Below are positions 25,762-37,854 of a DNA stretch of 64,000 bases, in pieces. This stretch comes from Octopus sinensis. Taxonomy: Eukaryota. The stretch spans positions 38,750,001 to 38,814,000 of the forward strand of contig NC_042998.1 of NCBI RefSeq assembly GCF_006345805.1, given 5' to 3'. Each line of letters opens with the position of its first letter. The first letter of the stretch is position 1. The notes beneath the pieces were generated by a model. That model was not told the origin of the DNA, did not search any database, and saw nothing but the letters and a program-made list of their open reading frames with translations. Both the position numbers and the translations under genes were made by a program.

Positions 25762-25969
25762 AGCCTAATATAAAATCCATCTTCTGATTACTTATATACA
25801 AAGAGACAGACAAAACACTTCGTTGTGCTCAAGAGATTTGAACTTGAGTTGGCAAAGAAGCAAATGTAAGGACAATAAGTTTGGCAATTCGATATACAAA
25901 AAATATTTTAAATATTTAATACAAAAAATGTACAAGTGTATACATATGCAAACTTCCGACTTACAGACA

Positions 25970-26270
25970 ATAGAAATGATAGCAGGAATTGAGGGGTTGA
26001 GTAGGAGTTTTACGAGTCCAACAGCTATTTCTGTGGCTTTGGTGGTCCAAAATAATGATTGTTACTTGATTCTTTGATCGGATAATACTATCCTCAGTCT
26101 CCAGGGAAGAGTTTTACATTTGTGGTGTTGACAGAATGGAGTTGTCAAGGCTGGTATTATCCGATGATGGAATCAAGTTACAATCATTGTTTTCTACCAC
26201 CAAGCACCGGAAAATAGCTTCTGGGCGTGGAAATCTCCTACTGAACCTTTTCAATTCCTTTCTATATTTA
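25970..26270. repeat. Diverged ~300-bp palindrome (old foldback element)
   Basis: GTAGGAG..CAGCTATTT..TTGGTGGT..AATGATTGT.ACTTGATTC..ATCGGATAATAC pairs with the right arm; loop about 26103-26135. Confidence 0.8.
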
Positions 26271-26319
26271 AGAGATGAGGAATTATGCACATGATTTACA
26301 TTCGATATATTTCTATGTA

Positions 26320-26440
26320 GCTGTATATGTCTTTGCGATTATCGCCCACCACAGTTTGACAACCGGGTTTGGTTTGTTTACGTCTTCGTAATCTAGCGAT
26401 GCGGCAAAAAGAGGGCCGACAGAATAAGTACCAGGCTTAT
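26320..26440 (+). mobile_element. SINE family 1, 3' fragment
   Basis: TTGACAACCGG..GTTTACGTC..TAGCGATGCGGCAAAA..GAATAAGTACCAGGCTT. Confidence 0.6.
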
Positions 26441-26599
26441 TACTAGTGGCGAGTAGAAGCAGAAATCGATGGCATTTGATTTCAGCTAAACACCAAAGTA
26501 CAGAAGAAAATTTTGTTTAGGTCAGTTCTTTTGAGAACTTTTCATTCGTGAAAATGGCACGGGCGTATTGTAAGTCAGAGCGTCAAGGCAAGGAAAGCC

Positions 26600-27330
26600 G
26601 GGAGCAGAGAATTTATTCGATACAGTGCTCTCAACGAAGACAGATGACAAGATGAGAGGAACATAGAAGTGAAAGAAAAAATATGGTGTGATGAAATACA
26701 AAAGCGGAGTACATTACTACTAGATTTTTCATTCGTTTGTCCTATGATGCCTTGCTGTCTCGTACAAGTCTGGTGATATGCAACGTATCAAAGAGTGATA
26801 AATGCAGACACGGAAGAGTAGGACCACCGAGACACATCCTTTCCAAATGTTCATTGGCTTTGAACATATATATACTTGAAGACACAATTTGATTCTTAAG
26901 GTTCCCTTAACTTGTGAAGAACCAGATTGCTTTGATTAACAATGGTACGATGCCGCAGAGAATCCAGCCAGAGATTTCATTACATTCGTTCGTCCAGGAC
27001 ATAAGATATTCTTGAAGAAGAAAGTTCCAGTGAACAAAGAAAACTGGTACCAGACTGACAAATATTCTCCCTCATAGCAGTAACGAAGAGACCAGATATT
27101 GTCATCCATTGCGAAGAAATGGAAATGGTAAATGTGGTCGAGCTGATAGTTGCCCACAAAGATAACATGGATGCTATTCGGACTCGAAAGACCAACCAAT
27201 TACGAACGTTTCCTCGAGGAATGTCACTGGGCCTAACTCAACGTAAAACAAATACCATCATTGCGTGATAGCCAGGCTTGCGGTTGAGAAGGCAAGCCAC
27301 TTGGTTTGATTAAAATGTGTTGATGAGCAA
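26600..27330 (+). mobile_element. HERO-type RLE LINE 3' relic
   Basis: RFFIRLSYDALLSRTSL, RHILSKCSLAL..RHN, KRPDIVIHCEEMEMVNVVELIVAHKDNMDAIRTRK: zinc knuckle plus PD..E..K restriction-like endonuclease. Confidence 0.8.
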
Positions 27331-27645
27331 TGGTTAGAAGAATATTGAGTAAATCCTAGCAAGTGGAACCATCTCTGAGTGAGGGAACGGTGCACAATAA
27401 TGCCGTCGAGAAGATGGCCACGGAACGGCATTCATTCTGTCCGTATCACCCTAGAAGCCTATTACTGTGCGGTATACGAGACATTTTCAACCGATGGCAC
27501 TTGTATCTCCTAGTTTTTCTTTTCTTTTTTTTTTTGCAAATAATAGATAGATAGATAAATAGATAGACAGACAGATGTAATTAGATTTACATATATGCAT
27601 TTATACTGAAAATTATATATATATATATGTATGTGTGTGTGTATA

Positions 27646-28029
27646 GGCGTAGGAGTGGCTGTGTAGTAAGTAGCTTGCTTACCAACCACATGGTTCTGTG
27701 TTCAGTCCCACTGCGTGGCACCTTGGGCAAGTGTCTTCTATAGCCTCGGGCCGACCAAAGCCTTGTGAGTGGATTTGGTAGACGGAAATTGAAAGAAGCC
27801 CGTCGTATATATGTATGTGTGTGTATATGTTTGTGTGTCTGTCCCCCCAACATCGCTTGACAACCGATGCTGGTGTGCTTACGTCCCCGTAACTTAGGCG
27901 GTTCGGCAAAGGGAACGATAGAATAAGTACTAGGCTTACAAAGAATAAGTCCTGAGAGCGATTTGCTCGACTAAATGCGGTGCTCCACCATGGCCACAGT
28001 CAAATGACTGAAACAAAACAAGTAAAAGA
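27646..28029 (+). mobile_element. Full-length SINE family 1
   Basis: GGCGTAGGAGTGGCTGTG..GTTCAGTCCCACTGCGTGGCACCTTGGGCAAGTGTC..AATGACTGAAAC..AAGTAAAAGA. Confidence 0.93.
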
Positions 28030-28030
28030 A

Positions 28031-28061
<31 letters not shown>

Positions 28062-28168
28062 TGTGTGTGCATATGTATATATGTATGTAACTGCGTGTGT
28101 TTGTGTGTGAATGGGTAGTGCGTGTGTTATTTAGATTTTAGTTCTGAAATGTTTGTTAAATAAACAGA

Positions 28169-28410
28169 TTATAAAACAGCAATGTCAATAACGGCAAGAA
28201 AGGCAAATGGAAGACCAACAAGAACTATTGCGACAAGAGACGACCAGCCATATGGAATATTGCAACCGCCATAAATGCTTCTTTGCAAAACATCAGTATC
28301 GATCGAGTGTATTTGTGTGTTGACAGTAAATCTCATCTCTTTAGCTTGAAACTGTTCACATGTGAAATCAAACAGCACTTGGTTGAAAACTCTACAGATG
28401 TATCTTGCTT
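28169..28410 (-). CDS. Probable terminal coding exon of an Ig-superfamily cell-surface protein
   Basis: Acceptor ..GATTTAAG, phase 1; reads (E)ARYICRVFNQVLFDFTCEQFQAKEMRFTVNTQIHSIDTDVLQRSIYGGCNIPYGWSSLVAIVLVGLPFAFLAVIDIAVL*. Y-x-C-x-V-x-N resembles an Ig F strand and MRFTV a G strand, followed by a linker and a ~22-aa hydrophobic C-terminus. Confidence 0.6.
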
Positions 28411-28689
28411 CTTAAATCAAATTTCCCCAAATAAGACATTTTAGTTTAATATTGAAGATTCTGTAAAGTGACAACCAAGAGATTTTTCACCTAAGTTAAT
28501 TTGTTACTTAGTGCAATCGGCAGCAAGAACAGAACAGGAATATTTCTATGTGCGTATTGCCATTGGCGTAGGTTTCGAAACAAGATGCCAAATATAGAGT
28601 AGTAGACGGATAACGAACGTGATCGGACCTTAATCAACAACGGAAGGCTGAAAGGCAACTTGCAACCGCTGCATTGCATTATAAACACA

Positions 28690-28759
<70 letters not shown>

Positions 28760-30240
28760 GTCACACACACACGCTCGTACATACACATGTATATACATAG
28801 ACCCAAAGGCTGTGTAGCTATTGTACTCTTCAGTGAGTGATGATCAATTTATCGTCTCATCAGACACTGATCCTTACACTCCTAAACGATTAGTCGTAAT
28901 CAGGGAAGAGGCTGGACTTGTAATTTAGTAGTAAGCTAAACACTCCCCGAGGAGGCCATGTTCTCACTCATTAAGGCGGATCTAGAAGAGCACATTTCGA
29001 AAAAATATCCCAATTCCCCAACAACAGAACCAAAACATGACAACCTATGGATTCAACAGGTCAACTGGCGCAAGAGAGCCATACTAGACGGACTGGCTAA
29101 GAAGGGGCAGCTCAAGCAACGCTTCAACTACTATGCTACTGAGTGCGCCACTTCTTTCGATATTCAATACTGAACGTATTTATATATACATCTATGTATA
29201 TATATATATTATATATATATATATATATATGTATATGTATATATATGTGTGTGTGTGTGTAATACAAAAGAGGGGGTACGTATATACTTATACGTATACA
29301 CGTACATATACATAAGCGCACGCGTGCAAGTGCGCATAAGTGATTTGAATGCCTCTTCTTTTCTGTTGATCGTTGCATGGCAGTAACAGAATGCCTAGAC
29401 CACATGTTCCCACCTAGAATTCTAAGCACAACAATGAGGCTGAAGTAGGTCGGGTGAAGCGACGGTATATTTAACGCATAATTGGCAAACAGTTCTATTA
29501 GAAAATCCTGTTCGGATAGCAGTGAATCGCACCAACGCTACTGTGAGCTGCAAGTAACCGGTATGGAGTTTAATGATTTATGTAAGAGATTGATGGGTGC
29601 AAGTATTTTACGTTAACTGACAATATCTGAACGATTCCATATATGCTACTAAACATCACCCATCTACCCCGACACATAAGACTATTGCTTACGACAAAGA
29701 GTTCCTTAAGCAAAATGTAACCAACACTGCGAGAAAACGGAAGATATTACAAGAATCAGTAGAACTACCCAAAATTTACTGGGTCGGCCATAACAAATAA
29801 AGAGAACAATAAAAGATGGAAAACACGCAACACAAGTAGTCTGTCCACTCCTTCGGCTTTCATATGGAACTTCGTCATCGCAAAAGAAGCAGCACTACAC
29901 CATGACATGGTATCAAAAGTAGTAACAAAAATTAAGGATGTTAAAGAATATAAAAAGACAACTCGTACGTGAGACAAAAGTAATAAAAGTAGGAGTAAGA
30001 TCTTAAAAATTTCGAACTCGCAAAATTTCTAAAAAGAACCTGCAAAGCGATAAAATATGGGAAACATAACGAAGGAAGGAAAAAAGAATGGTTCACTACA
30101 AGAACAAATATAAACAACAAAAACATTACGGGGAGAATATTGCCAGTATTCAATAAAACATAACATGTATGTGAGTACGTTTTTAAGTGTGTGTATACAT
30201 ACATACATAATACATACATACATACATACATACATACATA

Positions 30241-30460
30241 CGGCAGACACGTTAGCGCGTCGGGCGAAATGCTTAGCGGTATTTCGTCTGTCGTTACGTT
30301 CTGAGTTCAAATTCCGCCGAGGTCAACTTTGCCTTTCATCCTATCGGGGGTCGATAAATAAAGTACCAGTTTCACACTGGGGGCGATATAATCGACTCAA
30401 TCCCTTCGTCTGTCCTTGTTTGTCCCCTCTATGCTTAGCCCCTTCTGGGCAGTAAAGAAA
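30241..30460 (+). mobile_element. SINE family 2
   Basis: Near-complete match to 22282-22510. Confidence 0.9.
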
Positions 30461-30890
30461 TGTTATTACTATTATTGTTTTTTGTATTCATATTCGTGTG
30501 GCATCGTCCGTTTTTCTGTCCTTGTTTTGTATACATTCGATCCTTTTTCTAAGAAATCTAATGCTCGTAGCTTAGTTTTTCCTTGGGGCTGGCCGGATCG
30601 GAGCGATCTCAAGATTAATCAGCCGAAATTGTGAGGATGATCCGGTTCTTTACTGAAGATTGAAGACTTCGTGTTTTTTGTATCGTCCTATAGATGTTTT
30701 GCGTTCTTGTCCCAGTTTGTATTTTTTACATATACATATATATATATACACGCACACACATATATATACACGTGTGTGTGTGTGTATACACACACATACA
30801 CACATATATATACATACATATACGTATACAGAACAGCAGCACAATGGAGTGAGGATGGGACTGAGGGGAAGGCCACACAGTTCCTAAAAA

Positions 30891-30927
<37 letters not shown>

Positions 30928-30985
30928 ATATATATTTATATGTATATTTGTTTGTGTCTGTGTGTATGCTTGTGTGTGTGTCATA

Positions 30986-31888
30986 GGGGAGGTGCGATGA
31001 CGTTCTCGGGCAGAATCTGGGCGTCGATGAGGAACACTTGACCCGCCTGTTCAGGACAACTTTCAGGCCGGGACCTTGGACAATCACCAAAGATCCCTGG
31101 CCTGGCAGTGCTATCGAGAAGCATTACCTGTTCGGGATAAGCTTTACAGGCACGGTTCGAGACACACTGGACCGACTTGCCCGAGATGCGGTCGGAGCGA
31201 CGAAACTGTTTTGCACGCATTCGTGCAGTGTCCAACCATTTCGGACCTGTGGGCTTATGCCGAACGGCTGCTGTCATGTGCGGGACGAGTCCGCCTGTCG
31301 GCCGAGTCTATTTTGAAAATTGCACTGTCCACTTCCCTCAACCGGGAAGGCAAGGCAGTTTTCATCGTACTGGTGGCTATGGTGAAAGAATGTGTGTGGT
31401 GGACTCGAGCGAAAGGATTAGAGACAAACACTTACCTCTCTGGCCAATCACTCATCAACTTTTTCAAGTACCACTTGAAAAGGAAGGTGAGAATGGAGAG
31501 GCAGGTTTTGTCTCGTGGAAGTTTCAAGAAAAGATGGGTGAATGTGGCAAAGATGGTGCGTGCGAGTGACGAAACCACTTTGAGCATGATCCTGTAAATC
31601 GTAAAAGAGAGAGAGAGAGAGAGCACTTTGCTCTCATGTGTTTATTTCCTCCCTGCCTGAGGTTACCGTGATCTTTTCTGTAGGCTTTTCTTTCCAAGGA
31701 TGAACATAATCTTGTTTCTTACTTAAAAAAAAAAAAAAACTTCTTTCTGTGATACACGATCCCTTTTGATCGGAATTTTACATTTCTTTCTTTTTTTTCC
31801 CCCTTTTTCTTTTTCCATCTTCGAAAAGAAAAGCTCTACATTTGTATTTGTCCCCTCTGTGTTCAGCCCTGTGTGGCCAATAAAGAAA
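30986..31888 (+). mobile_element. Tx1/L1-clade LINE 3' end (zf-RVT domain plus 3' UTR)
   Basis: ORF 31076-31597: LAWQCYREALPVRDKL..TCPRCGRSDETVLHAFVQCP..LW; T-rich 3' UTR ending in AATAAAGAAA. Confidence 0.88.
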
Positions 31889-32940
31889 GTTATCTATCTA
31901 TCTAGCTAGCTAACTGTCTATCTATTTATCTATCTGTCTGTCGGTCTGTCTGAATATCTGTCGGTGTGTGTGTGTAAAAGGGAGTGGGAGAGAGAAAATA
32001 GTAATAGAAATGTCGGGCAAAGACAGAGAGAGTATTTACGTACGTGTATTCGTGTTTGTTTGTTTGTTTGTTTGTGTGTGTGTGTGTGTATCAATTTATA
32101 TGTGTATAAAGAGTGTTGTTTAAAATGTGTTTTTTTTTTAAGTAGTGGTGTAAACTTTGAAAACTTCGGTCACCTCAAGTCCTCATACTAAAAGTCAATG
32201 CTTATCGACCACTCAGACAACTATTAACTCTCGTTGAATGTTGTAAATTATTTCGTGCGTATGACATGTCAGTTTTCTTTGGACATATAAAAGACTTGAA
32301 AATTACGTCAAAGCATTATATTACCAGAGTGCATTTGCTCTAAAAACATATTTATAGCTTCATTGTTCTCTTTACAAATCGCAAAATAGAAAGGAAAATA
32401 AGTTGTAACAATATCATTCTGAAATTCATTAGCAGTAAAAATTTTATGAAGCAAACTGTAACATCAGTGAATTAGTATAGGACAGATTCGATTCTTGTGT
32501 ATTTCTCTTGTAATTTCTTTTACAGTTATAAGATTTAATTAAAACGAAACTTCAAATCTGGTCAAATATATTTTATCCGGCACTCATCAGCTTTTCCAGG
32601 GAATAATTATTGGTTTGTCTATGATTATATACAAAGGTATTACATTTTATGGAAATAAGGAAATTGTGATGTCGATGCATTTCCTAAACACATTATCTGT
32701 ATAAATGGTTACGTACAATTACTTGTGTAATATGAGATATCTACAACGGCTCTAAGCTCATTAAGTGTGTTATATAAAGACTAACTTATCAAAGTCGTTA
32801 CTTCAACTGTATGAATACACGAATAATAATGAATTCTCAGTTTAACATAGTCTTCGGTTTATGTAAATATTGAATTTATCTTCGTCAGAGTTGAAATTAA
32901 ACGACTCTTTCATATTGTTATTCATGGAATAATGTCTAGC

Positions 32941-33029
32941 ATTATGTAAGTCGCTGACTGGTGACGGAGGAGTGCACTGGTTGTCATGGTCAGTGCACTA
33001 CTCTATCATCAGCCGGTAGCTTACATAAT
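32941..33029 (+). ncRNA. Pre-miRNA-like hairpin candidate (89 nt)
   Basis: Ungapped 39-position stem (30 Watson-Crick, 5 G-U, 4 mismatches) with an 11-nt loop. Strand is uncertain. Confidence 0.3.
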
Positions 33030-33797
33030 ATCTCAAATTATTCCATGAATAACAATATCAAAGAGCTGCTATATTGGAGCGAGACAAAGATAAAATTATA
33101 GTATTAACAAACATTTTAACAGCAGATGGCAATTATATTAAATATTTCTACTTCCACGGCGAATACAAAGCAGAAATCCTTGACTACGGAACCTTAGAAC
33201 TGGTTTGCTGAGAGCTATAAGGTCGGGTTTTCTGTGGGTTTAATACAATAGATTCAATTCAAGATGGAATCTGAATTCTTTGGGCCTATTGACTATTTTC
33301 TCCTACCCCCCCCCCAAGTTGTTATTAGATTCAGCATAATTAATAAGCATTCCGTTAGCAAGCAGTATTCCTAGTGTTGCGGAAAAGCGTGTGAAAAATC
33401 CCTGTAGATTTTTCGTTTAAATAGAATCCTCAGTTGCCTAGCAACATTTGATTAGAATCTTTCTCTACCAGCGCGATTGAATATACTTTTGATCTTAGAA
33501 GTTCCAACCATGACCATCCTACCTTTTGTATACCCGAATGATAGTGTTCAGTGTTTCCTTCGTCATTGTGGTAGAAAGTAATTTGAATCTTGACTTTTAT
33601 TTCTTTGAAGTCGAGTGACAAGCTGCAGGCTCTTTCGTTCGTCCGTCCCTCAGTTTTTGAGGGTTGGTCATTGTAAGATCATTCGTAATTTAGAAAAAGG
33701 CTGTATTCTTAGACAAGAATAAATACACAAACTAATATGTCTCCATACAGTTATCATATCAAACAGTTTAAATGTTACATATGTACCAATAATATTT

Positions 33798-33886
33798 CTC
33801 GGCGGAATTTGAACTCGGAACGTAACAACAGACGAAATACGGCTACGCATTTCGCCCGGCGTACTAACGTTTCTGGCAGCTCGCCT
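33798..33886 (-). mobile_element. SINE family 2, 5' part
   Basis: Reverse complement of GGCGAGCTGCCAGAAACGTTAGTACGCCGGGCGAAATGC..GAGTTCAAATTCCGCCGAG. Confidence 0.85.
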
Positions 33887-35059
33887 TATATATATATATA
33901 TATATATATATACACGCATTGAGGCGAGGCTTTAAATTTACTCCAGGCTTTTACTTTATATTAACGTTAAGACAGGCAGACAGGATGTTTTTTTTTCTCT
34001 TCTTTACAAAATTGCGTACATGCGAAACACTTTGTTCTCTGTAATTTGCATAATAAGAAAAATCAATTAAATCACTCGGGTGGGCCACCGAGCGAGCAGT
34101 GATGCAAAGAATGGTGCCTGGAAACAATTGAAACAACTGAAACTTACCTCTTAGTTAGAGAGAGAAAACAATACCGAGTTACACGAAAACGAAATGAATG
34201 AAACATTAATTACAGAGAAAATTGCATTTTCATACATCGAGGGAAATCTGTTGTTCCAGAGCAAATAAGTTAAAAGCTGAACCAGGTAAAGAAAAGTTTT
34301 GGTCTTAATGTAGTCTTCAGACTGCTTCGAAGAGTAAGCATAGATTTTTTTTTCTTTTCTTTTTACGAAGACAAATGAGTTACGAACAAATTTAGAGAGT
34401 GAAGTTAATATAATTAACTGAGCTATATAACTGACGCTGCTCGTCAATCGCATGAATTTACATTAGTTTCCCTTGACTCAAAATATGGTGCGATGCCGTT
34501 CAAACTGACCAAAACTCTTCCTGCTGTTAAAACAGTCTTGAAAAGTTTATCTCTGATGAAATCTAATAAAAATCATGTCCAGAGCTGCGGGCATTGCTTG
34601 TAAAAAGATATTGGAGCTTTCCTTTAAGCATTTAAATTGAATTCTGTTGGTAAAATATTATTTATTTCTTGACATTTTTACCCGTTTTCCTTGAGATCGA
34701 TAACATCGCTAAATGAGGTAATTTTTAATTCACCAAAAGATGTTTTTAACAAACGGTACATCAGCACTTAAAGTGTTTAGATTTTATTAGATTGGCACAC
34801 TCGACATACTTTATTCAGACTACATTCTCTAAACATTAAATATACATTTCGTATATTTCGTCCAAGTTTAGTAAAATAAAAGAGAAACGCCGTTGATAGA
34901 ATAGGTAGGGAGGAAGACGAGAGGAAAAGAAATAAAGTGAAAGGGGATCAGATTTAATAAAGAGGCGGAAGATGAAAGAAAATAAAGTGAAACAGTATGA
35001 AATACAATAGAGTTAGAAGAGTAGAAGGAAGTTTAATTTTCTGAAAAGGTAAAGAGAGA

Positions 35060-35065
35060 GAGATA

Positions 35066-35096
<31 letters not shown>

Positions 35097-35117
35097 TATA
35101 TATATAGAGAGAGAGAG

Positions 35118-35192
<75 letters not shown>

Positions 35193-35197
35193 CAAAC

Positions 35198-35240
<43 letters not shown>

Positions 35241-35250
35241 TGGATGGATA
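35060..35250. repeat. (GA)n/(GATA)n compound microsatellite
   Basis: Direct reading. Confidence 0.95.
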
Positions 35251-35711
35251 TAGATAATAGACATGCATGCGTTTGTATATGTGTGTTTGTACCAGTGTGC
35301 ATATATGTATTTATGTATGTACTACAGCCAAAAGTGGTGAAGAGTGTTGGATTATGAGAGTCTTGCGCAAGAGTATATCTTTGAATGAGAGCAATTAAAA
35401 GAGTTTCGGTGAATTTATCAAATATACGGAAGATAGAATGTAACATTGTTTCGACAGTCTTCAGAATATGATGAAAAGGGTCGTTAATGGCTAACTAGTC
35501 TTACGTTACTTTTTATGGATAATAATTATTCTCTTTCACAATGCTTCAGATTTAAGTGTGATTGGAAGAGAAAATGGCTCGGAACGGAAAACGAAGCAGT
35601 TGTGTAGCGTCTATTAACTGCAATTAATTCGTCCCTGCATATAAATAATTTATCGGAGCGCAAACACAATTTTTCTTTTGCCTGGAGCATTGTTTAATAT
35701 AGTATCCCATA

Positions 35712-35927
35712 AAGGTGGTGAGCTTGCAGAATTGTTACGACTCCGAGCAGACTGCCCATCGGCATTTCTTCCGACTTTATGTTCTGAGTTCAAATGCCGC
35801 CGAGGTCGACTTTGCTCTTCGTCCTTTCAGAGTCAATACAATAAGTACCAGTTAAACACTGGAGTCGATGTAACCGACTTAACTCCACCCCTGAAATTGG
35901 TAGCCCTGTGTCACAAATTCCAATCAA
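35712..35927 (+). mobile_element. SINE family 2
   Basis: GGTGGTGAGCTTGCAGAATTGTTA..CTGAGTTCAAATGCCGCCGAGGTCGACTTTGC. Confidence 0.8.
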
Positions 35928-35989
35928 CATAGCATCTCAGATATATGTGCTTCCATTTGTACTATTTCATTATCTCCAGAATGGATAAT

Positions 35990-36200
35990 ATTGGTTTCAA
36001 ATGTTGGCAAAAGATCAACAATTTTGGAGGAGGGTATGTCGAGTACATAGACCGCAGTGTCCAACCGGTACTTATTTTATCGACCCCAAAATGATGAAAG
36101 GCAAGGTCGACCTCGGTGAATTTGAACACAGAACATAAAGACGTATAAAATACCGCTAAGGATTTTGCCCGACGTGCTAACCATGCAGCTAGCTCACCGC
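35990..36200 (-). mobile_element. SINE family 2 (tail-to-tail with the previous copy)
   Basis: TACTTATTTTATCGACCCC..AAAGGCAAGGTCGACCTCGG.GAATTTGAAC.CAGAAC is the reverse complement of the core. Confidence 0.8.
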
Positions 36201-36255
36201 TTTAGTAGTAGTAATAATAATAATAATAATAATAATAATATAATAATAATAATAA

Positions 36256-36787
36256 ATGCCCTGATGCAGTGCTAGGCAATGGCTCTCATGGCTTCTGATC
36301 TTAACTGATTGGAAGTGTTATCATGTACATTGTTTTATCGTGATATAAAAGATGGGCTACAGCAAATATTCTGCTTAATACCACAGATTTGCTTGTCCGT
36401 AGCCAGTTGAGCATGTCCCTTGGCTGACAATATATGTATCTCTGATCACGAGCAGAAGTAGTGGGAAAGCATCATAGCCATTTGTTAAAAGGAATTTTTT
36501 GGAGTTTGGATAATTCACCTTTGGAAACAAGGGTGTTTCGTTCAACATCCTTAAACAGCCCTTATTCAGGGACCATTTGATTGGGATGGACTACTCGACC
36601 TGAAGATAATTCTAACAGGGCCCCACCTGCAAGGCCATGTACTGTTTTACTTGATATAAAATTACCGTGTCGCATACATATGGTTGTGATGCATCTGCCT
36701 GGTGTATCAGATGGATAGTCATGATGGGTATACTGGGCTTCGTATATTTTACCCTAGTGTCACTTTGATGGCTGTTCTCTCACTCAA
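36256..36787 (-). mobile_element. Unclassified non-autonomous retroposon with (ATT)n tail
   Basis: Minus strand starts GAGTGAGAGAACAGCCATC (similar head at 11187) and ends GCATCAGGGCAT(TTA)n. Confidence 0.55.
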
Positions 36788-36967
36788 TAATTATGTCTGT
36801 GTTGTATTACATGAAGATGTTTCCCTACTTCCCCAACCCAAGCTTTCAGTCATACTGTAACATATCTTATCCTTCACATGTTTCAAGACACTAGGTGTGT
36901 CTCGGGAAGTGACTGTAACAAACATGCAGATTAAAAGTAATAATAATAATAATAATAATAGTAATAA

Positions 36968-37600
36968 GGCCAACTCTGTCATTGGCCAATATCTACACTG
37001 CCGACAAGTGGTATAATCACCACCCTGAAGGAGAAAATGTAACGATTCTGTGGGACTTTCCAGTACATACAGATCGAACCATCAAAGCCAATAAACCGGA
37101 TATTGTTGTGAAAGACCAAAACAATAAAGTTTGCTTATTGATCGACATGAGCATCCCCTGTGATCATAATATTTCGGCGAAAGAATTTGACAAGCTCAGA
37201 AAATATAAAGACCTGCTCATTGAAATTGAGAAAATGTACCACTGATCGTAGGAGCACTAGGAATGATCAAGAAGGGAACCGAAAATTATATGAGAATGAT
37301 CCCTGGCTTACCATCCCTGCAAGAAGTGCAAAAGATTGTCTTAACTGGTACATCACACGTATTGAGAAGAGCATTGTCGATGTGAGAACTATTACTACCC
37401 ATTTATTTTAATTTAACTTTATTTCTATCCAAAAAAAATGAACGAACTAGTGAGTTTAGTTTTAATGGCCTACCAATGTATACTACGAGTTTCTTTGCCC
37501 TAGGAGTCGGGAAGACACTCGGCAAGAAATGGAAGCAAATTTGAAAGAAGAAGAAAGACCCATAAATAACAATAGTAATAACAATAATGATGATGATGAT
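36968..37600 (+). mobile_element. R4/Dong-type LINE 3' end
   Basis: WYNHHPE..VTILWDFPVHTDRTIKANKPDIVVKD..CLLIDMSIPCDHNISAKEFDKLRKYKDL, then IVGALGMIKK..VQKIVLTGTSHVLRRALSM*; (AAT/GAT)n tail. Confidence 0.9.
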
Positions 37601-37854
37601 AATATTTTAAAAGCATTGACGTAACTCCTCACAGAGGGGAATAGACAATACGAAGAAAGCGATGCGATTGCAATAGATACTTTATTGGTTTCAACGCTAT
37701 TTCGACAGCTTGTCTGTCTTTGTCGAGTTCAGAATGAAAAGTGATACATAGAAATTCAAATTCAAAAGTTTGAACGAGGAGATCCTGCGTTCCCACTTTG
37801 ACGGAATGACATCATCAGTCTTCAATAATGATAATTTGGAATTTGGAATGAGAA

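Noticed and set aside
27646-27730. tRNA genes at SINE heads
   Set aside because: A/B-box-like motifs continue into SINE bodies; no complete cloverleaf could be drawn.
33430-33660. Minus-strand exon-like ORF ending AAG|GTAGGA
   Set aside because: No pyrimidine-rich acceptor, and the sequence appears to be a diverged repeat tail (similar relic near 49740-49960).
34140-34175. Pyrimidine tract plus AAGAG|GTAAGT as a recursive site or 2-nt exon
   Set aside because: A GAG acceptor is unfavourable and the first AG would give a frameshifting 2-nt exon; no further support.
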